A stretch of DNA of 64,000 nt, taken from contig CAYIDJ010000001.1 in the NCBI GenBank assembly GCA_964362215.1, positions 13,151 to 77,150 on the forward strand. The letters are read 5' to 3'. Each line of letters opens with the position of its first letter. Position 1 is the first letter of the stretch. Source of the DNA: an uncultured Candidatus Saccharibacteria bacterium (lineage in GTDB: Bacteria > Patescibacteriota > Minisyncoccia > UBA6257 > XYB1-36-10). The notes under the pieces were generated by a model, which saw only the letters and a list, made by a program, of their open reading frames with translations, searched no databases and had not been told where the DNA came from. Positions 35,501 through 44,926 of the stretch are shown here, in pieces. The position numbers were made by a program, and so were the translations under genes.

Positions 35501-36071
35501 ATCAATTCATCTAGAGTCGTGGCCAAAAACCTCCCCCAAAATAGACCCCGCTCTTCTTTCCCAAATGGAAACAGCTCGCCAACTCTCAAGTTTAGGACTA
35601 TCCGAACGCTCATCCTTAAATATCAAAGTCCGTCAGCCCCTCGCCGAAATGAAAGTGTCGCTAGACACCCTAAGCGCAGTCAAAGGGTCTCATCTGCCAA
35701 AAGAAATAGTCGCCCTCGTCGCCGATGAGGTTAATGTTAAAAAAATATCTCTCGGTAATCGCCTCGCCAAAGACAAAGAAGTTGAACTTGACGCCGTCAT
35801 CACTCCCGCTCTTCGCGAGGAAGGCAACTTGCGCGAACTAATCCGCGCCGTTCAGTCCCTCCGCGCCGCCGCCGGCTTAAAACCCGGAGAACCAGTTTCT
35901 CTTTTCTTCCAATCCTCCCCTGTCGCTTCCGCCTTTATCATTAAACACACCGCCGCCCTCACTAAGGCCTGCTCTCTTAAAACCGTTTCCGCCAACTCCG
36001 TCTCTTCTCCTAAATCAAGCCGTGCGCTCTCCTTAGACGACCTCGGCCCTATCTCTCTCGCGATAAAATAA
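32592..36071 (+). CDS. ileS: Isoleucyl-tRNA synthetase carrying an inserted histidine-phosphatase (PGAM-like) domain
   Basis: HIGH-region PSANGRPGLHHV, GWDTHGLPVE, CP1 editing domain, KMSKS (QKMSKSRGN). ~180 extra residues (aa ~500-682) contain RHGQ...SHGSPL histidine-phosphatase motifs between the conserved IGSLSEL and DLHRPY segments. Confidence 0.85.
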   Translation: MATTDNRPLPEREKEILAFWEDKKIFTKSLQQTAKGKPFVFYEGPPSANGRPGLHHVLARAFKDIICRYQTMCGRYVARRAGWDTHGLPVEVQVEKELGLKSKRDIENIVPGDRRASIITFNQKCQESVWRYRDLWEKLTSRMGYWLDMENPYVTYEPEYIESLWWIISQVNRQGLLYQGHKILHWCPRCGTGLSSHEIAQGYQTVTDTSVFVKFKLAPHQKIGKITVPANTYILSWTTTPWTLPGNVALAVNKNIKYVLVKIGSENFIASADFLFQLKEKTISVSNKQIKGQNLIGLKYEPLFNIPKLKSPASHQIYHADFVTTSEGAGIVHTAVMYGEDDYELGQKYNLPAIHTVDDAGRFLKFVSAGLAGLAVKDSATTKKIISYLENKNFLLKTAPYEHEYPFCWRCDTPVIYYARSSWFIKMSALKDKLIKNNSSISWVPSHLKNGRFGEWLSNVKDWAVSRERYWATPLPIWLCSSCNHLEVIGSLSELDKLTVSSNNRFFIMRHGQALSNVKNFLSSYPEKRLNPLTPAGAKEMLSAAARLKSKKIDLIVSSDLPRAHATAKLIASALGIKKVAIDKRLRERDFGQDNGLPIKNADSSQHEPLSSIRARVIKALFDTDRQYQNKNILFISHGSPLLTLRLAAENTDNTLPVNEPLLPTGGWQELKLKRLPRNDDGAVDLHRPYIDEVKLSCPSCRHSLTRVPDLLDVWFDSGAMPFAAPRFPFAVKKLAATDYPADYISEAVDQTRGWFYTLLAVSTLLGFKAPYRHVISLGHLNDKHGQKMSKSRGNIVDAEEMMERYGADIVRWHFYTINQPGDTKNFDESDLKKVTNRVFNILQNSLVFYQTYRASPKLHAQPKYSQRTKNILDLWLAARLTATKLEITSRLDKYDVYHAALSIEKLIDDLSRWYIRRSRSRFQQPTSTSDHVAASVTLRSALMEISALLAPFTPFFAEWLYKELGGSKESIHLESWPKTSPKIDPALLSQMETARQLSSLGLSERSSLNIKVRQPLAEMKVSLDTLSAVKGSHLPKEIVALVADEVNVKKISLGNRLAKDKEVELDAVITPALREEGNLRELIRAVQSLRAAAGLKPGEPVSLFFQSSPVASAFIIKHTAALTKACSLKTVSANSVSSPKSSRALSLDDLGPISLAIK

Positions 36072-36111
36072 AACCCGCCTTTCTATCAACTCCTAATTCC
36101 TAGTTACTAAC

Positions 36112-37917
36112 TTATATTTCAATAACTACCGGCAACAACATCGGCCGCCTCTGCGTCTTATGAAAAATAAACTGCCCGATCTGATCGCGTATAAGTCCCT
36201 TAAAATAATCCGCGTCTATCGGTTGGTTTGTCGGTATCCTAGAAATCAAACTGCGTATCCGCCGCCTTATCTCGTCCAAAATCTCACGGTTATCTTTAAG
36301 ATAAATAAATCCGCGCGAAATAATATCCGGATTTTTTATAATCCTCCCACTCCGTTTATCTAAAGTCGTAATTATGACTATCATTCCCTCCTGCGCCAGC
36401 ATCAATCGGTCTCGCAGTACCACCTCTCCCACGTCTCCTACTCCCAACCCGTCTACCATCACATAATATGCCGGTACTGTCTCTTTGGTTAATTTAATCG
36501 TCTCCTTGGTTATCTCCGCCACCTGCCCATTGTCCATTACTAAACAATTCTCCGCTTTCACTCCCACCGCCTGCGCGTTCTTGGTATTCGTCTGTCGCAT
36601 AAAATACATTCCGTGAATCGGCACGAAAAACTTTGGTGAGAATGCTTTAATCGCCAATTTCAAATCTTCCTGCGGCCCGTGTCCACCCGCGTGAATGTCC
36701 ATCATGCTGGAATCAAATATAATCGCTCCCTGCCGCGCTAAATTATCTTTCATTGTCTGAATTCCTCTCTCATTACCTGGAATTATTGACGAAGAAAACA
36801 CCACCGTATCCCCCGGTTTTATCCGTATCTGCTTATGGTCTCCGGAAACTATTCTTGCCAGTCCCGAATTCGGCTCGCCCTGATTTCCGGTTGAAAGTAT
36901 TAATATTTTATTGTCATCATACCGACTCACCTCCTCCAGCGATATTAACGCCCCTTTCGGTATCTTTATATACCCAAGATTCTGGGTAATCTGGATATTA
37001 TCCTTCATTGACCGCCCCGAAAGCGCCACCTTCCGCCCCAGCCGGTGCGCTATGTTTATCACCTGCCCCAGCCGGTCCAGTAGCGACGCGAAAGTCGTCA
37101 CAATAATCCTGCCCTTCGCCTGATTCAAAATCTTCTCCAGATTCTCCTCCGCCACCTTCTCCGGCATCGACTCCCCCGGCACGGTTGCTCTAGTGCTCTC
37201 CATAAAGAGTACCTGTATTCCCATTCTTCCTACCCGTTCCAGATCCGGCAGATTGCGCGGTTCTCCTTTCGGTCCCCGATCAATTCTAAAGTCGCCCGGA
37301 TTACAAAAGTTTCCCGCTGGCGTTCTCAACACTATGGAAATCGCGTCTGGAATTGTATGCGACCCACCGAAGAAATATGCCGAAAAGTTTTGTGATATTT
37401 TAACCTCATCTCCTATCTTCACCGGCATAAAAGTAATCTTCGGCGCGTTCGGAAACTCGTCGTACCGCTTCTTTATGAGCGCGTTGGAAAGCGCCGTAGA
37501 GTAAATCGGCGGGTTGCCGATTTTCTCCATTATGTAAGGAATAGCCCCGATATGGTCCAAATGTCCATGTGTTATCAGTAATGCCTTTATTTTTCGCTTG
37601 TTTTCCTGTAAATACTCAATATTAGGAATAATAAAGTCAATTCCCGGCGTGTCCTCTTCCGGAAACTGCAGTCCAGCGTCAATAATCACAATTTCATCGC
37701 CATACTCAAAAAACATCATATTTCGCCCTATCTCCTCCAGCCCTCCTAACGGCACAAACCTCACCGCCTCCGGATTCCGTTCCAGTGCCTTTACTTCCAC
37801 CCGCCGCGGCTCACCGCTGATATACCTCATTGACGGCCTTCCTTCTATCGGCCTTCTTCCAACTCTTCTCGCTGTCGTTTTGGTTCTAATTCCCTCCCCA
37901 ACTATTCTTCTGTTCAT
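36112..37917 (-). CDS. rnj: Ribonuclease J
   Basis: Metallo-beta-lactamase HGHLDHIGAIPY, beta-CASP domain and C-terminal domain. The N-terminal ~30 residues may be an over-extension (alternative Met at 37830). Confidence 0.85.
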   Translation of the reverse strand: MNRRIVGEGIRTKTTARRVGRRPIEGRPSMRYISGEPRRVEVKALERNPEAVRFVPLGGLEEIGRNMMFFEYGDEIVIIDAGLQFPEEDTPGIDFIIPNIEYLQENKRKIKALLITHGHLDHIGAIPYIMEKIGNPPIYSTALSNALIKKRYDEFPNAPKITFMPVKIGDEVKISQNFSAYFFGGSHTIPDAISIVLRTPAGNFCNPGDFRIDRGPKGEPRNLPDLERVGRMGIQVLFMESTRATVPGESMPEKVAEENLEKILNQAKGRIIVTTFASLLDRLGQVINIAHRLGRKVALSGRSMKDNIQITQNLGYIKIPKGALISLEEVSRYDDNKILILSTGNQGEPNSGLARIVSGDHKQIRIKPGDTVVFSSSIIPGNERGIQTMKDNLARQGAIIFDSSMMDIHAGGHGPQEDLKLAIKAFSPKFFVPIHGMYFMRQTNTKNAQAVGVKAENCLVMDNGQVAEITKETIKLTKETVPAYYVMVDGLGVGDVGEVVLRDRLMLAQEGMIVIITTLDKRSGRIIKNPDIISRGFIYLKDNREILDEIRRRIRSLISRIPTNQPIDADYFKGLIRDQIGQFIFHKTQRRPMLLPVVIEI

Positions 37918-38184
37918 AACTAAAAATACGTCTTAGGCAAACTCTGTAATTCAGCCGCCTAAAACCGCCTTAAAAATAAAAAGTGTTAATAAAAAAACCC
38001 TTAAAATGAAACTTATCTCTTTTTGTATAAAAAATCGGTTCTAAGAAACGTGCCGGGTGAAGATGACCTCTAAACCCGCTCCCGGCAAAAAACCATTACC
38101 GTAAGAAAACTAATTACCCCCATTATAACCCACCCTCAAAAATAATACAACCCACCTCCCATATTCACTTTCAAATCTCTTACT

Positions 38185-39549
38185 CTATTCCCCAAACACC
38201 TCCTTAACCGGCACCAGCTTCGGATCAGTCGGTAAAGTAAAGTAAAAAGTGCTGCCGCGGTTCAAGGTAGATTCCGCCCACACCTGTCCTCCGTGCTGTC
38301 GAATGACGTTTTTGGCGATATAAAGCCCCAGTCCCGTCCCCTCCGTCTGGAATTTCAAAACATTACTCCCTCGGAAAAACTTAGTGAAAAGGTTGCGCAC
38401 CTCCTCCGCCGGCACTCCCACGCCCGTGTCCGTAATTGACACTTGTATGAACGGTTCTCCCTTTTTCCTCTCCATCTTTACAATCACCTCGCCGTTCTTC
38501 ACGTTGTACTTAATGGCATTATCCAAAAAATTATCCACGGCGATTGCCAGCCGCTTTGCGTCAATTTTTAGGTTTATACTCTCCTCCCCCTGCGGCCGGT
38601 CGTAATAGATGTTTATTCCGTACTGCTTGGCCACCGTCATCTTCTGCGCCAATATATTCTCCAGGAAACTTATAAACTCCACTTCCTGCATCTGGTAGCC
38701 GAACTGTCCCTCCTCTATTCTAGTCACATCCAATAAATCGTTTACTGTCTTTAACGCTTTCGCCGTCGCCTCCCGCCCGTTAACGATAAACTGCCGCATC
38801 GACTCCGGCATCACCTTCTCGTCCGCTAACGTCTCAAACGTCCACGCAATGGCGTTCAGCGGCGTCCGTAACTGATGCGCCGCCACCGTTACAAATTCGC
38901 TCTTTGTCCGCGCCGACTCTATCTCTCTCGTCCGGTCCCGCACAATCTTCATAAAACCCAAGAGTTTCCCCATGCCGTCCAGTATCTTGACCGTCGTCAC
39001 CCGCACCTCCAATACCGGATCTTCAAAAGAAATATCCGTTGTTTGCGGGAAAACTCCCGCCTCCGACCGTATCACCGCCACCGGCGCCAGTGACGGGAAC
39101 ATCACCTGCGCCAGCCGCCGCCATTCCCTCTGTTGAGCGTAGGCGGGCGTAAACTCCTTGCCCTTTATCTCCTGCCCGCTTACGGAAAAAATCCTCTCCG
39201 CCGCCTGATTAAAAACCTGAATCTGAAAATTGGGGTCATAAAAAATAACGCCGTCCTGCAAACTCACGATAATGCTCTGAAAATGCTGTTTTTCCGTCTG
39301 CACGGCGAAATTCGCTTTCGCCAGCCGGAAACTGCTTATAAAAATTATCGTCGCCATTACCAAAAAAACGAACGCGTTTAACGTCACCAGTGACCGCGGA
39401 AAAATAAACATCTGGATTACGGTAAGCCCCACCGCGATCACGGCAAAAATCCAGAACATCTGCATGTCTTTCTGTTTGGAGTAAAAATTTATCTCCTCCC
39501 AGCTTCTCTTTATCCGTCCCATTACTTTTATTATACCACCCCTCCGCAT
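38185..39549 (-). CDS. Sensor histidine kinase (two transmembrane helices, PAS-like region, HisKA, HATPase_c). No response regulator in the vicinity.
   Basis: H-box VAAHQLRTPLNAIAW. N, G1 and G2 boxes (DNAIKYN, ITDTGVGVP, GTGLGLYIAKNVIRQHGG). Confidence 0.85.
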   Translation of the reverse strand: MRRGGIIKVMGRIKRSWEEINFYSKQKDMQMFWIFAVIAVGLTVIQMFIFPRSLVTLNAFVFLVMATIIFISSFRLAKANFAVQTEKQHFQSIIVSLQDGVIFYDPNFQIQVFNQAAERIFSVSGQEIKGKEFTPAYAQQREWRRLAQVMFPSLAPVAVIRSEAGVFPQTTDISFEDPVLEVRVTTVKILDGMGKLLGFMKIVRDRTREIESARTKSEFVTVAAHQLRTPLNAIAWTFETLADEKVMPESMRQFIVNGREATAKALKTVNDLLDVTRIEEGQFGYQMQEVEFISFLENILAQKMTVAKQYGINIYYDRPQGEESINLKIDAKRLAIAVDNFLDNAIKYNVKNGEVIVKMERKKGEPFIQVSITDTGVGVPAEEVRNLFTKFFRGSNVLKFQTEGTGLGLYIAKNVIRQHGGQVWAESTLNRGSTFYFTLPTDPKLVPVKEVFGE

Positions 39550-39656
39550 CTATTCCCTCCCATCAACCACCTCACCTAGAAAAATGTAGGGAAATCAAAT
39601 ATAGGCAACTCATAAATACACTTTCGCGCAGTTCTGAATCATAATTTTTTTAGCAA

Positions 39657-39807
39657 CCATCCCCATAATGTCTTGAGGGGCGCGTCGGAGCTCGCCGCGC
39701 TTGGTCCAAACACTCAAGATAATTGAGTACTTGGGCGGCGGGCGAGACTGAGAGCGGACGGCCGCTGGAGCCGTCCGACTCGTCCCCGATGGACATTACG
39801 GAGATGG
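39657..39807. repeat. Family-4 MITE-like element, copy B
   Basis: Identical to copy A except for 3 substitutions in the right terminal inverted repeat. Located between the histidine kinase gene and polA. Confidence 0.8.
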
Positions 39808-39836
39808 TTGCGTGTTTAGTAACAACACTAATATAC

Positions 39837-42320
39837 TTATAAACTCTTCATCTCTCCCCAACTTTCCCCTCTCTTCACTTCCACCCTAAGCGGCACTGCT
39901 AATTTGAACGCCTCCTCCATCTTTTTTCTTATCATCTTTACCGCCTCCGCCTCCATCTCTTTTTTAACCTCAAATAGCAAATCATCGTGTATCGTCAACA
40001 GCATCTTCACCTTCTCCCCCCACCCCCGCCCCTCCACCTCTTTATCAACCGCGATCATCGCCAGTTTTATAATATCCGCCTCCAGTCCCTGTATCGGCAT
40101 ATTCATCGCCACTCTCTCTCCCTGCGCCGCGAACCGCGGCGAGTTTGACTGTATTTCCGGAATAATTCTTCTTCTTCCCGTCATTGTTTGTGCGTACCCC
40201 AATGTTCGCGCCTCCCGCTTGATATACTCCTGCCATCGCCTCACTGCGTCAAACTCGGTAAAATATTTTTCAATCTTTTCCTTTGCCTCCGCCACCGTAA
40301 CTCCCGCCGTCTCCGCGAACGCTCTCGCTCCCATTCCGTAAATCACCCCAAAATTAAGCACCTTAGCTACCCGCCGCATCTCCGGCGTAACCGCCTTCGG
40401 CTCCACGTTAAATATCCCCGCCGCCGTCTCCGCGTGTATGTCTCTCCCTTCCCGAAAGGCCTCTATCATCTTCCCATCGTGCGCCACCGCCGCCAGTATT
40501 CGCAACTCCACTTGCGAGTAATCAAAAGACAGAAAAACATTTCCTTTATCCGGCCTAAACGCCCCTCTTAACTCCACCGCCGCCTCTCCTCCGTACGGAA
40601 TGTTCTGCAAATTCGGCTGTTCCGAAGATAATCTTCCCGTCCCCGTTCCCGTCTGCAAATACGTTGTCCTCAACCGCCCTAAACTCCGACCTCCGCTATC
40701 GGCGTCACCCTCCACCATCTCCAATATCGGCTCAATGTAAGTGGAAAGTATCTTAAACGCCTCGCGGTATTCCAATATCAGCGACACAACCGTGTGCTCT
40801 CCTTTAATCCGCGTCAAGTTTTCATAACTCGTGGATATCGCCCCGCCCATCGTCTTCCTCACCTTTTTGGTATCAATTTTCAACTCCTCAAACAGCACCT
40901 TACCCATCTGTTTCGGTGAATTAATATTAAACGCGCGCCCCGCCGCCCCGTATATCTTCTTTTCCAGTTTGCTTATCTCACTTTTTACTTTCACCCTTAA
41001 GCTTTCTAACTTGCTCGCGTCCACCTTTATTCCCCTCTCCTCCATTCTCGCCAGTACCGGCAACAACGGCATCTCTATATTCTGAAACACATTTTTTAAT
41101 CCCTGCTCTTCCAACTCCTCCATCAGCCACCCGTATGCTTCCGCTATCTCATCTTTTGTCCCTCCGTATTCTCGCTTCAAAAATCTCTTGCTAACGTACT
41201 CTGGGCTGTAATCTCGCGCGTCCGGATCCAGTAGCCAAAATCCCACTCCCAAATCACCATACGGTCCCGCCAGTCCTTTTTTAATCTCCTCCTTCAGCTC
41301 AAACCCCACCTTAACCTTTCTGCTTCTCTTATCCTCTTCGGATAAATTTTCTCCTCTCCTAACCACCATCATCTCTCCCTTTAACTTTTTTTTCGGATTT
41401 ATAATTTCAAGGTTTGCGCCGGCAAACTCCCCCAATTTTTCATTCCTCATCCGCTTTACCAAACTCCCAAACCCAAGCTTCTCAAAAAATTTACCCAACC
41501 TCTCCTTATCCGCCGCCACCTCAAGTTCGTTAAGTTTCCCGAACTCAATCGGCGCCTGCCGGTTTATTATTGCCAGTTTTTTACTCTCCATCGCCTGCCT
41601 CTCCTGTCCCACTAACTTCTTAAATCGCCGGTCTTCAACATCAAGATTCTTATAAATCTCCTCAATCGTCCCGAATTCCTGCAAAAAACCGACTGCTGTT
41701 TTCGGCCCCACTCCTCTCACTCCCTTTATATTGTCGGACGCGTCCCCCACCAACCCCTTATAATCCGGTATCGCCTCCGGCCCCACTCCAAATCTCTCCC
41801 TCACCGCCGCCTCGTCGTAAACTTTCATCTGACTCACCCCTTTTCCGAATGTTTCCACCGTCACCTCTTCCGCGTCCGAAACCAATTGCGTCTCATCTAA
41901 ATCTCCCGTCAGCACCACCACCTTTCCCGCCCTCCCCTTAAATTTTTCCACCGCTGTCCCGATTAGGTCGTCCGCCTCGTATCCCGGCAGTTCAAATGTC
42001 TTAATGTTGAAAGCCCGGAACAGTTCCCGCGCTTTTATAATCTGCGGCACTAAGTCCTCGTCTGTCTCCACTCGCGTTGCTTTATACGTCTCGTCCATCT
42101 GGTGCCGAAACGTTTCCTCCGGCCGGTCAAAACACGCCAATATATAATCCGGCTTTCTCTCCTCTAATATCTTTAGCAGTACGTTTGCTAGTCCGTAAAG
42201 CGCCCCCGCCGGCTCCCCTGCCGCGTCCGTCAGCGGCGGCAAAGCATGATACATTCGATGTATCAGCGCGTTGGCATCCACTAAAATCAGCAACCCCTTA
42301 TTTTTATTTTCTCCTTTCAT
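39837..42320 (-). CDS. polA: DNA polymerase I (5'-3' exonuclease plus polymerase domains)
   Basis: N-terminal 5' nuclease (LLILVDANALIHRMYHA), motif B RRVAKVLNFGVIYGM, motif C IHDELLFE. Confidence 0.9.
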   Translation of the reverse strand: MKGENKNKGLLILVDANALIHRMYHALPPLTDAAGEPAGALYGLANVLLKILEERKPDYILACFDRPEETFRHQMDETYKATRVETDEDLVPQIIKARELFRAFNIKTFELPGYEADDLIGTAVEKFKGRAGKVVVLTGDLDETQLVSDAEEVTVETFGKGVSQMKVYDEAAVRERFGVGPEAIPDYKGLVGDASDNIKGVRGVGPKTAVGFLQEFGTIEEIYKNLDVEDRRFKKLVGQERQAMESKKLAIINRQAPIEFGKLNELEVAADKERLGKFFEKLGFGSLVKRMRNEKLGEFAGANLEIINPKKKLKGEMMVVRRGENLSEEDKRSRKVKVGFELKEEIKKGLAGPYGDLGVGFWLLDPDARDYSPEYVSKRFLKREYGGTKDEIAEAYGWLMEELEEQGLKNVFQNIEMPLLPVLARMEERGIKVDASKLESLRVKVKSEISKLEKKIYGAAGRAFNINSPKQMGKVLFEELKIDTKKVRKTMGGAISTSYENLTRIKGEHTVVSLILEYREAFKILSTYIEPILEMVEGDADSGGRSLGRLRTTYLQTGTGTGRLSSEQPNLQNIPYGGEAAVELRGAFRPDKGNVFLSFDYSQVELRILAAVAHDGKMIEAFREGRDIHAETAAGIFNVEPKAVTPEMRRVAKVLNFGVIYGMGARAFAETAGVTVAEAKEKIEKYFTEFDAVRRWQEYIKREARTLGYAQTMTGRRRIIPEIQSNSPRFAAQGERVAMNMPIQGLEADIIKLAMIAVDKEVEGRGWGEKVKMLLTIHDDLLFEVKKEMEAEAVKMIRKKMEEAFKLAVPLRVEVKRGESWGEMKSL

Positions 42321-42781
42321 TAAATGAAACTAAACTTTATCTCCCTCCTCGCCCCTCCTAAATGCCTAAACCCTACCCTCTTTATTCCTCTCGGTAAAAT
42401 CTCTTTTATCTTCTCCGGCCACTCTATTAAAATAACATTTTCCGGATTTTTCTTTATTTCCCCAAACCCCAGCGCCGCCAGTTCTTTACCGCTCTTCAAT
42501 CTGTAGGCGTCTATATGATACGCCCGCTTCCACGGCCCGCGACACAGCTCATATTTTTTAATGATTACAAAAGTCGGGCTGGTTACTCTCCCTCGCCCGC
42601 CTAATTTTTTAATAAACCCTCTGGTAAAATTTGTCTTTCCCGCTCCCAACTCCCCCTTCAAAGCGACTATTGTCGCTTGCCTCGCTTCCGATTTCCGGCT
42701 TATCTCCTCCGTGTACTTCCTCGCTGCTTTCTCCATCTCCTCCTCCGACTGCGTTATTATAATTTTCCTTTTATTTTTCAT
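42320..42781 (-). CDS. tsaE: tRNA threonylcarbamoyladenosine biosynthesis protein TsaE
   Basis: Walker A GELGAGKT, and SPTF plus YHIDAYR motifs. Confidence 0.8.
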   Translation of the reverse strand: MKNKRKIIITQSEEEMEKAARKYTEEISRKSEARQATIVALKGELGAGKTNFTRGFIKKLGGRGRVTSPTFVIIKKYELCRGPWKRAYHIDAYRLKSGKELAALGFGEIKKNPENVILIEWPEKIKEILPRGIKRVGFRHLGGARREIKFSFI

Positions 42782-42823
42782 TATTCACAATTTGCCCATC
42801 TATATGTCATTCTCGCTCTCCAT

Positions 42824-42852
42824 GTCATTCCCGCGAAGGCGGGAATCCAGTC
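42824..42852. repeat. Family-3 hairpin repeat, copy 4
   Basis: gtcattcccgcgaaggcgggaatccagtc. Confidence 0.7.
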
Positions 42853-42907
42853 CCAAGGTTTGTAATTTTGTCCGATAATCCCGACCTTATCTTCATCGAG
42901 GAAAAAA

Positions 42908-43423
42908 TTATGGTTCGTGATTAGTTATTAGTTTATACCCATACCCCGCCATCGCCCCAAACACTAAACCCACCGCCACCGCCGTCAATATCATCGGCAT
43001 CGCCGTCCCTGCCGCTATCGCCTCGTCTCCGACTACTACCCCCGTTCCCGCTTCCACTACTTTATTCGCCGCTCCCGGCGTCGGCTCCGTAAAGCTGAAA
43101 AATTCTCCGCCTCGAGAAAAACTCTGTCCGCTCACCGCCGGACCGGAAAACACTGTCTTATCTACCACCTGCCCTTCTCTTAAAAGCGTTACCTCCTCAT
43201 CTTTATTATTAAGAGTAATCTTTGTCTCTTTATAAGGCAAAACTAAAAACTCTCCTGCCTCTATTGTCTTCCCCGTCAAATTAAACTGTTTCCCGCTCTT
43301 GTCTTTAATGCTCCATCCCGCCAACGGCTCTACCGCCTGCCCGTTGTTAAAAAGTTCTATAAACTCACCCTCCGCGTCCGCCCCTTCCGGGTCCGGCAAC
43401 CACTCATTTATAATTACCGTCAT
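42908..43423 (-). CDS. Lamin-tail-domain (LTD) protein with C-terminal transmembrane anchor
   Basis: INEWLPDPEG...EFIELFN...LAGWSIKD is the LTD signature. C-terminal hydrophobic helix. Confidence 0.65.
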   Translation of the reverse strand: MTVIINEWLPDPEGADAEGEFIELFNNGQAVEPLAGWSIKDKSGKQFNLTGKTIEAGEFLVLPYKETKITLNNKDEEVTLLREGQVVDKTVFSGPAVSGQSFSRGGEFFSFTEPTPGAANKVVEAGTGVVVGDEAIAAGTAMPMILTAVAVGLVFGAMAGYGYKLITNHEP

Positions 43424-43495
43424 TTCCTAAAATAATTTAATTTTGGTTGGTTAACCTAATCTTCCTCGCTAAAAAATTTAACATCTACACTGTAA

Positions 43496-43592
43496 GAAAA
43501 AGCTTCCTTCCGAGACCGCACGGAGCACGACGGTGCGAGTCAGAGTGATTTTTCAGCAGAAAAATACACGTGTCTCGGAAGGAAGCTTTTTC
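43496..43592. repeat. Family-1 structured repeat, copy 4 (3' of ruvB)
   Basis: gaaaaagcttccttccgagACCGCACGGAGCACGACGGTGCGAGTCAGAGTGATTTTTCAGCAGAAAAATACACGTGTCtcggaaggaagctttttc. Confidence 0.8.
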
Positions 43593-43634
43593 TGAAAGAC
43601 AAAAGACACAAGAAGACAAACTGTACATCTAATA

Positions 43635-44684
43635 TCAAAACTTACTAAACTTATTTAACAACCTCTCCTCACGATTGGGTAAACCTAAGTGTTTGTACGC
43701 CGCTTCCGTCACCACCCTTCCTGCTGGTGTCCGCTTCAAAAATCCGATTCGCATCAGATACGGCTCGTACACGTCTTCAATCACTCCCCGCTCCTCGGAC
43801 ATTGCCGCCGCTAATGTCTCAATCCCCACCGGCCCGCCGTCAAACTTCTCCGCGATTATCGTCAACAACCCCCTATCGGCCGGCTCCAGTCCCAATCCAT
43901 CTACCTCTAAAAGTTCTAATGTTTTATCCGCCGTCCCTGTCGTCACCACGCCGTTACCTTTAACTTGAGCGTAATCCCGCGCCCGTTTAAGAAGTCGGTT
44001 CGCCACTCTCGGTGTCGCTCGTGCCGCCGCCGAAATTTTCTCTACCGCTTCCGGCTCCACCTGTACTCCCAAAAGCCGCGCCGACCGCCCGATGATTTTT
44101 TTTATGTCCCCTTGGTCGTAATAATCCAGTTTGAAACTCGCCCCGAACCGGCTCCGTAGCGGTGATGACAGCAAATCCGCCCGCGTCGTCGCCGCCATCA
44201 GCGTAAACGGCGGTAAGTCCAGTGATAGCGTCCTTGCTCCCGGCCCCTTTCCCACTATCAGATGCAATTTTCGGCTCTCCATCGCCGGATACAAAAACTC
44301 CTCCACCTGCCTGTTTAGCCGATGCGCCTCGTCCACAAACAGCACCTCCCCCGGTTCCAGATTAGATAAAATTGCCGCCAAATCCCCCACCTTCTTCAAA
44401 GTCGGCCCGGAAGTCGTCCGAAGCGGCACCTTCATCTCTCTGGCCGCCAGCGCCGCCAACGTCGTCTTCCCCAGTCCCGCCTGCCCGTGAAACAAAATGT
44501 GGTCGGCCGGCTCTCCCCTTCCCGCCGCCGCCGTTATCATTATCCGCAAACTGTCCTTCACCTTCTCCTGTCCCACATACTCATCCCAATTGGTCGGCCT
44601 CAACGCCTGATCAAAACCATTATCCTCCCCTACTCCCACCACCTTCTCTTTTTCCTTTATCTCCTTTTCCATTATCCCCATCAT
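43635..44684 (-). CDS. ruvB: Holliday junction branch-migration ATPase RuvB
   Basis: Walker A GQAGLGKTT, Walker B LFVDEAHRL, and the RuvB C-terminal winged-helix region. Confidence 0.9.
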   Translation of the reverse strand: MMGIMEKEIKEKEKVVGVGEDNGFDQALRPTNWDEYVGQEKVKDSLRIMITAAAGRGEPADHILFHGQAGLGKTTLAALAAREMKVPLRTTSGPTLKKVGDLAAILSNLEPGEVLFVDEAHRLNRQVEEFLYPAMESRKLHLIVGKGPGARTLSLDLPPFTLMAATTRADLLSSPLRSRFGASFKLDYYDQGDIKKIIGRSARLLGVQVEPEAVEKISAAARATPRVANRLLKRARDYAQVKGNGVVTTGTADKTLELLEVDGLGLEPADRGLLTIIAEKFDGGPVGIETLAAAMSEERGVIEDVYEPYLMRIGFLKRTPAGRVVTEAAYKHLGLPNREERLLNKFSKF

Positions 44685-44736
44685 ACCAAAATCCTCTTAC
44701 CCCCACACCATTGACAAACACGAATAAATAATATAA

Positions 44737-44836
44737 AGAAAAAGCTTTCTTTCGAGACCGCGCGGAGCTCGACTGGAGCGAGTCAGAGGGATTTTTTAGC
44801 AAAAAAATACCCGTGTCTCGGAAGGAAGCTTTTTCT
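44737..44836. repeat. Family-1 structured repeat, copy 5 (preceded by a promoter-like TTGACAAACAC...TATAAA at 44711-44736)
   Basis: gaaaaagctttctttcgagACCGCGCGGAGCTCGACTGGAGCGAGTCAGAGGGATTTTTTAGCAAAAAAATACCCGTGTCtcggaaggaagctttttc. Confidence 0.8.
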
Positions 44837-44926
44837 GAATATAAGCGCTATCCATTGACTCATTATCAATACTATGCTATAATAAGGCAGTTTTGGACAA
44901 ATTACCCTATCTCGCCTCTCTTTGAT

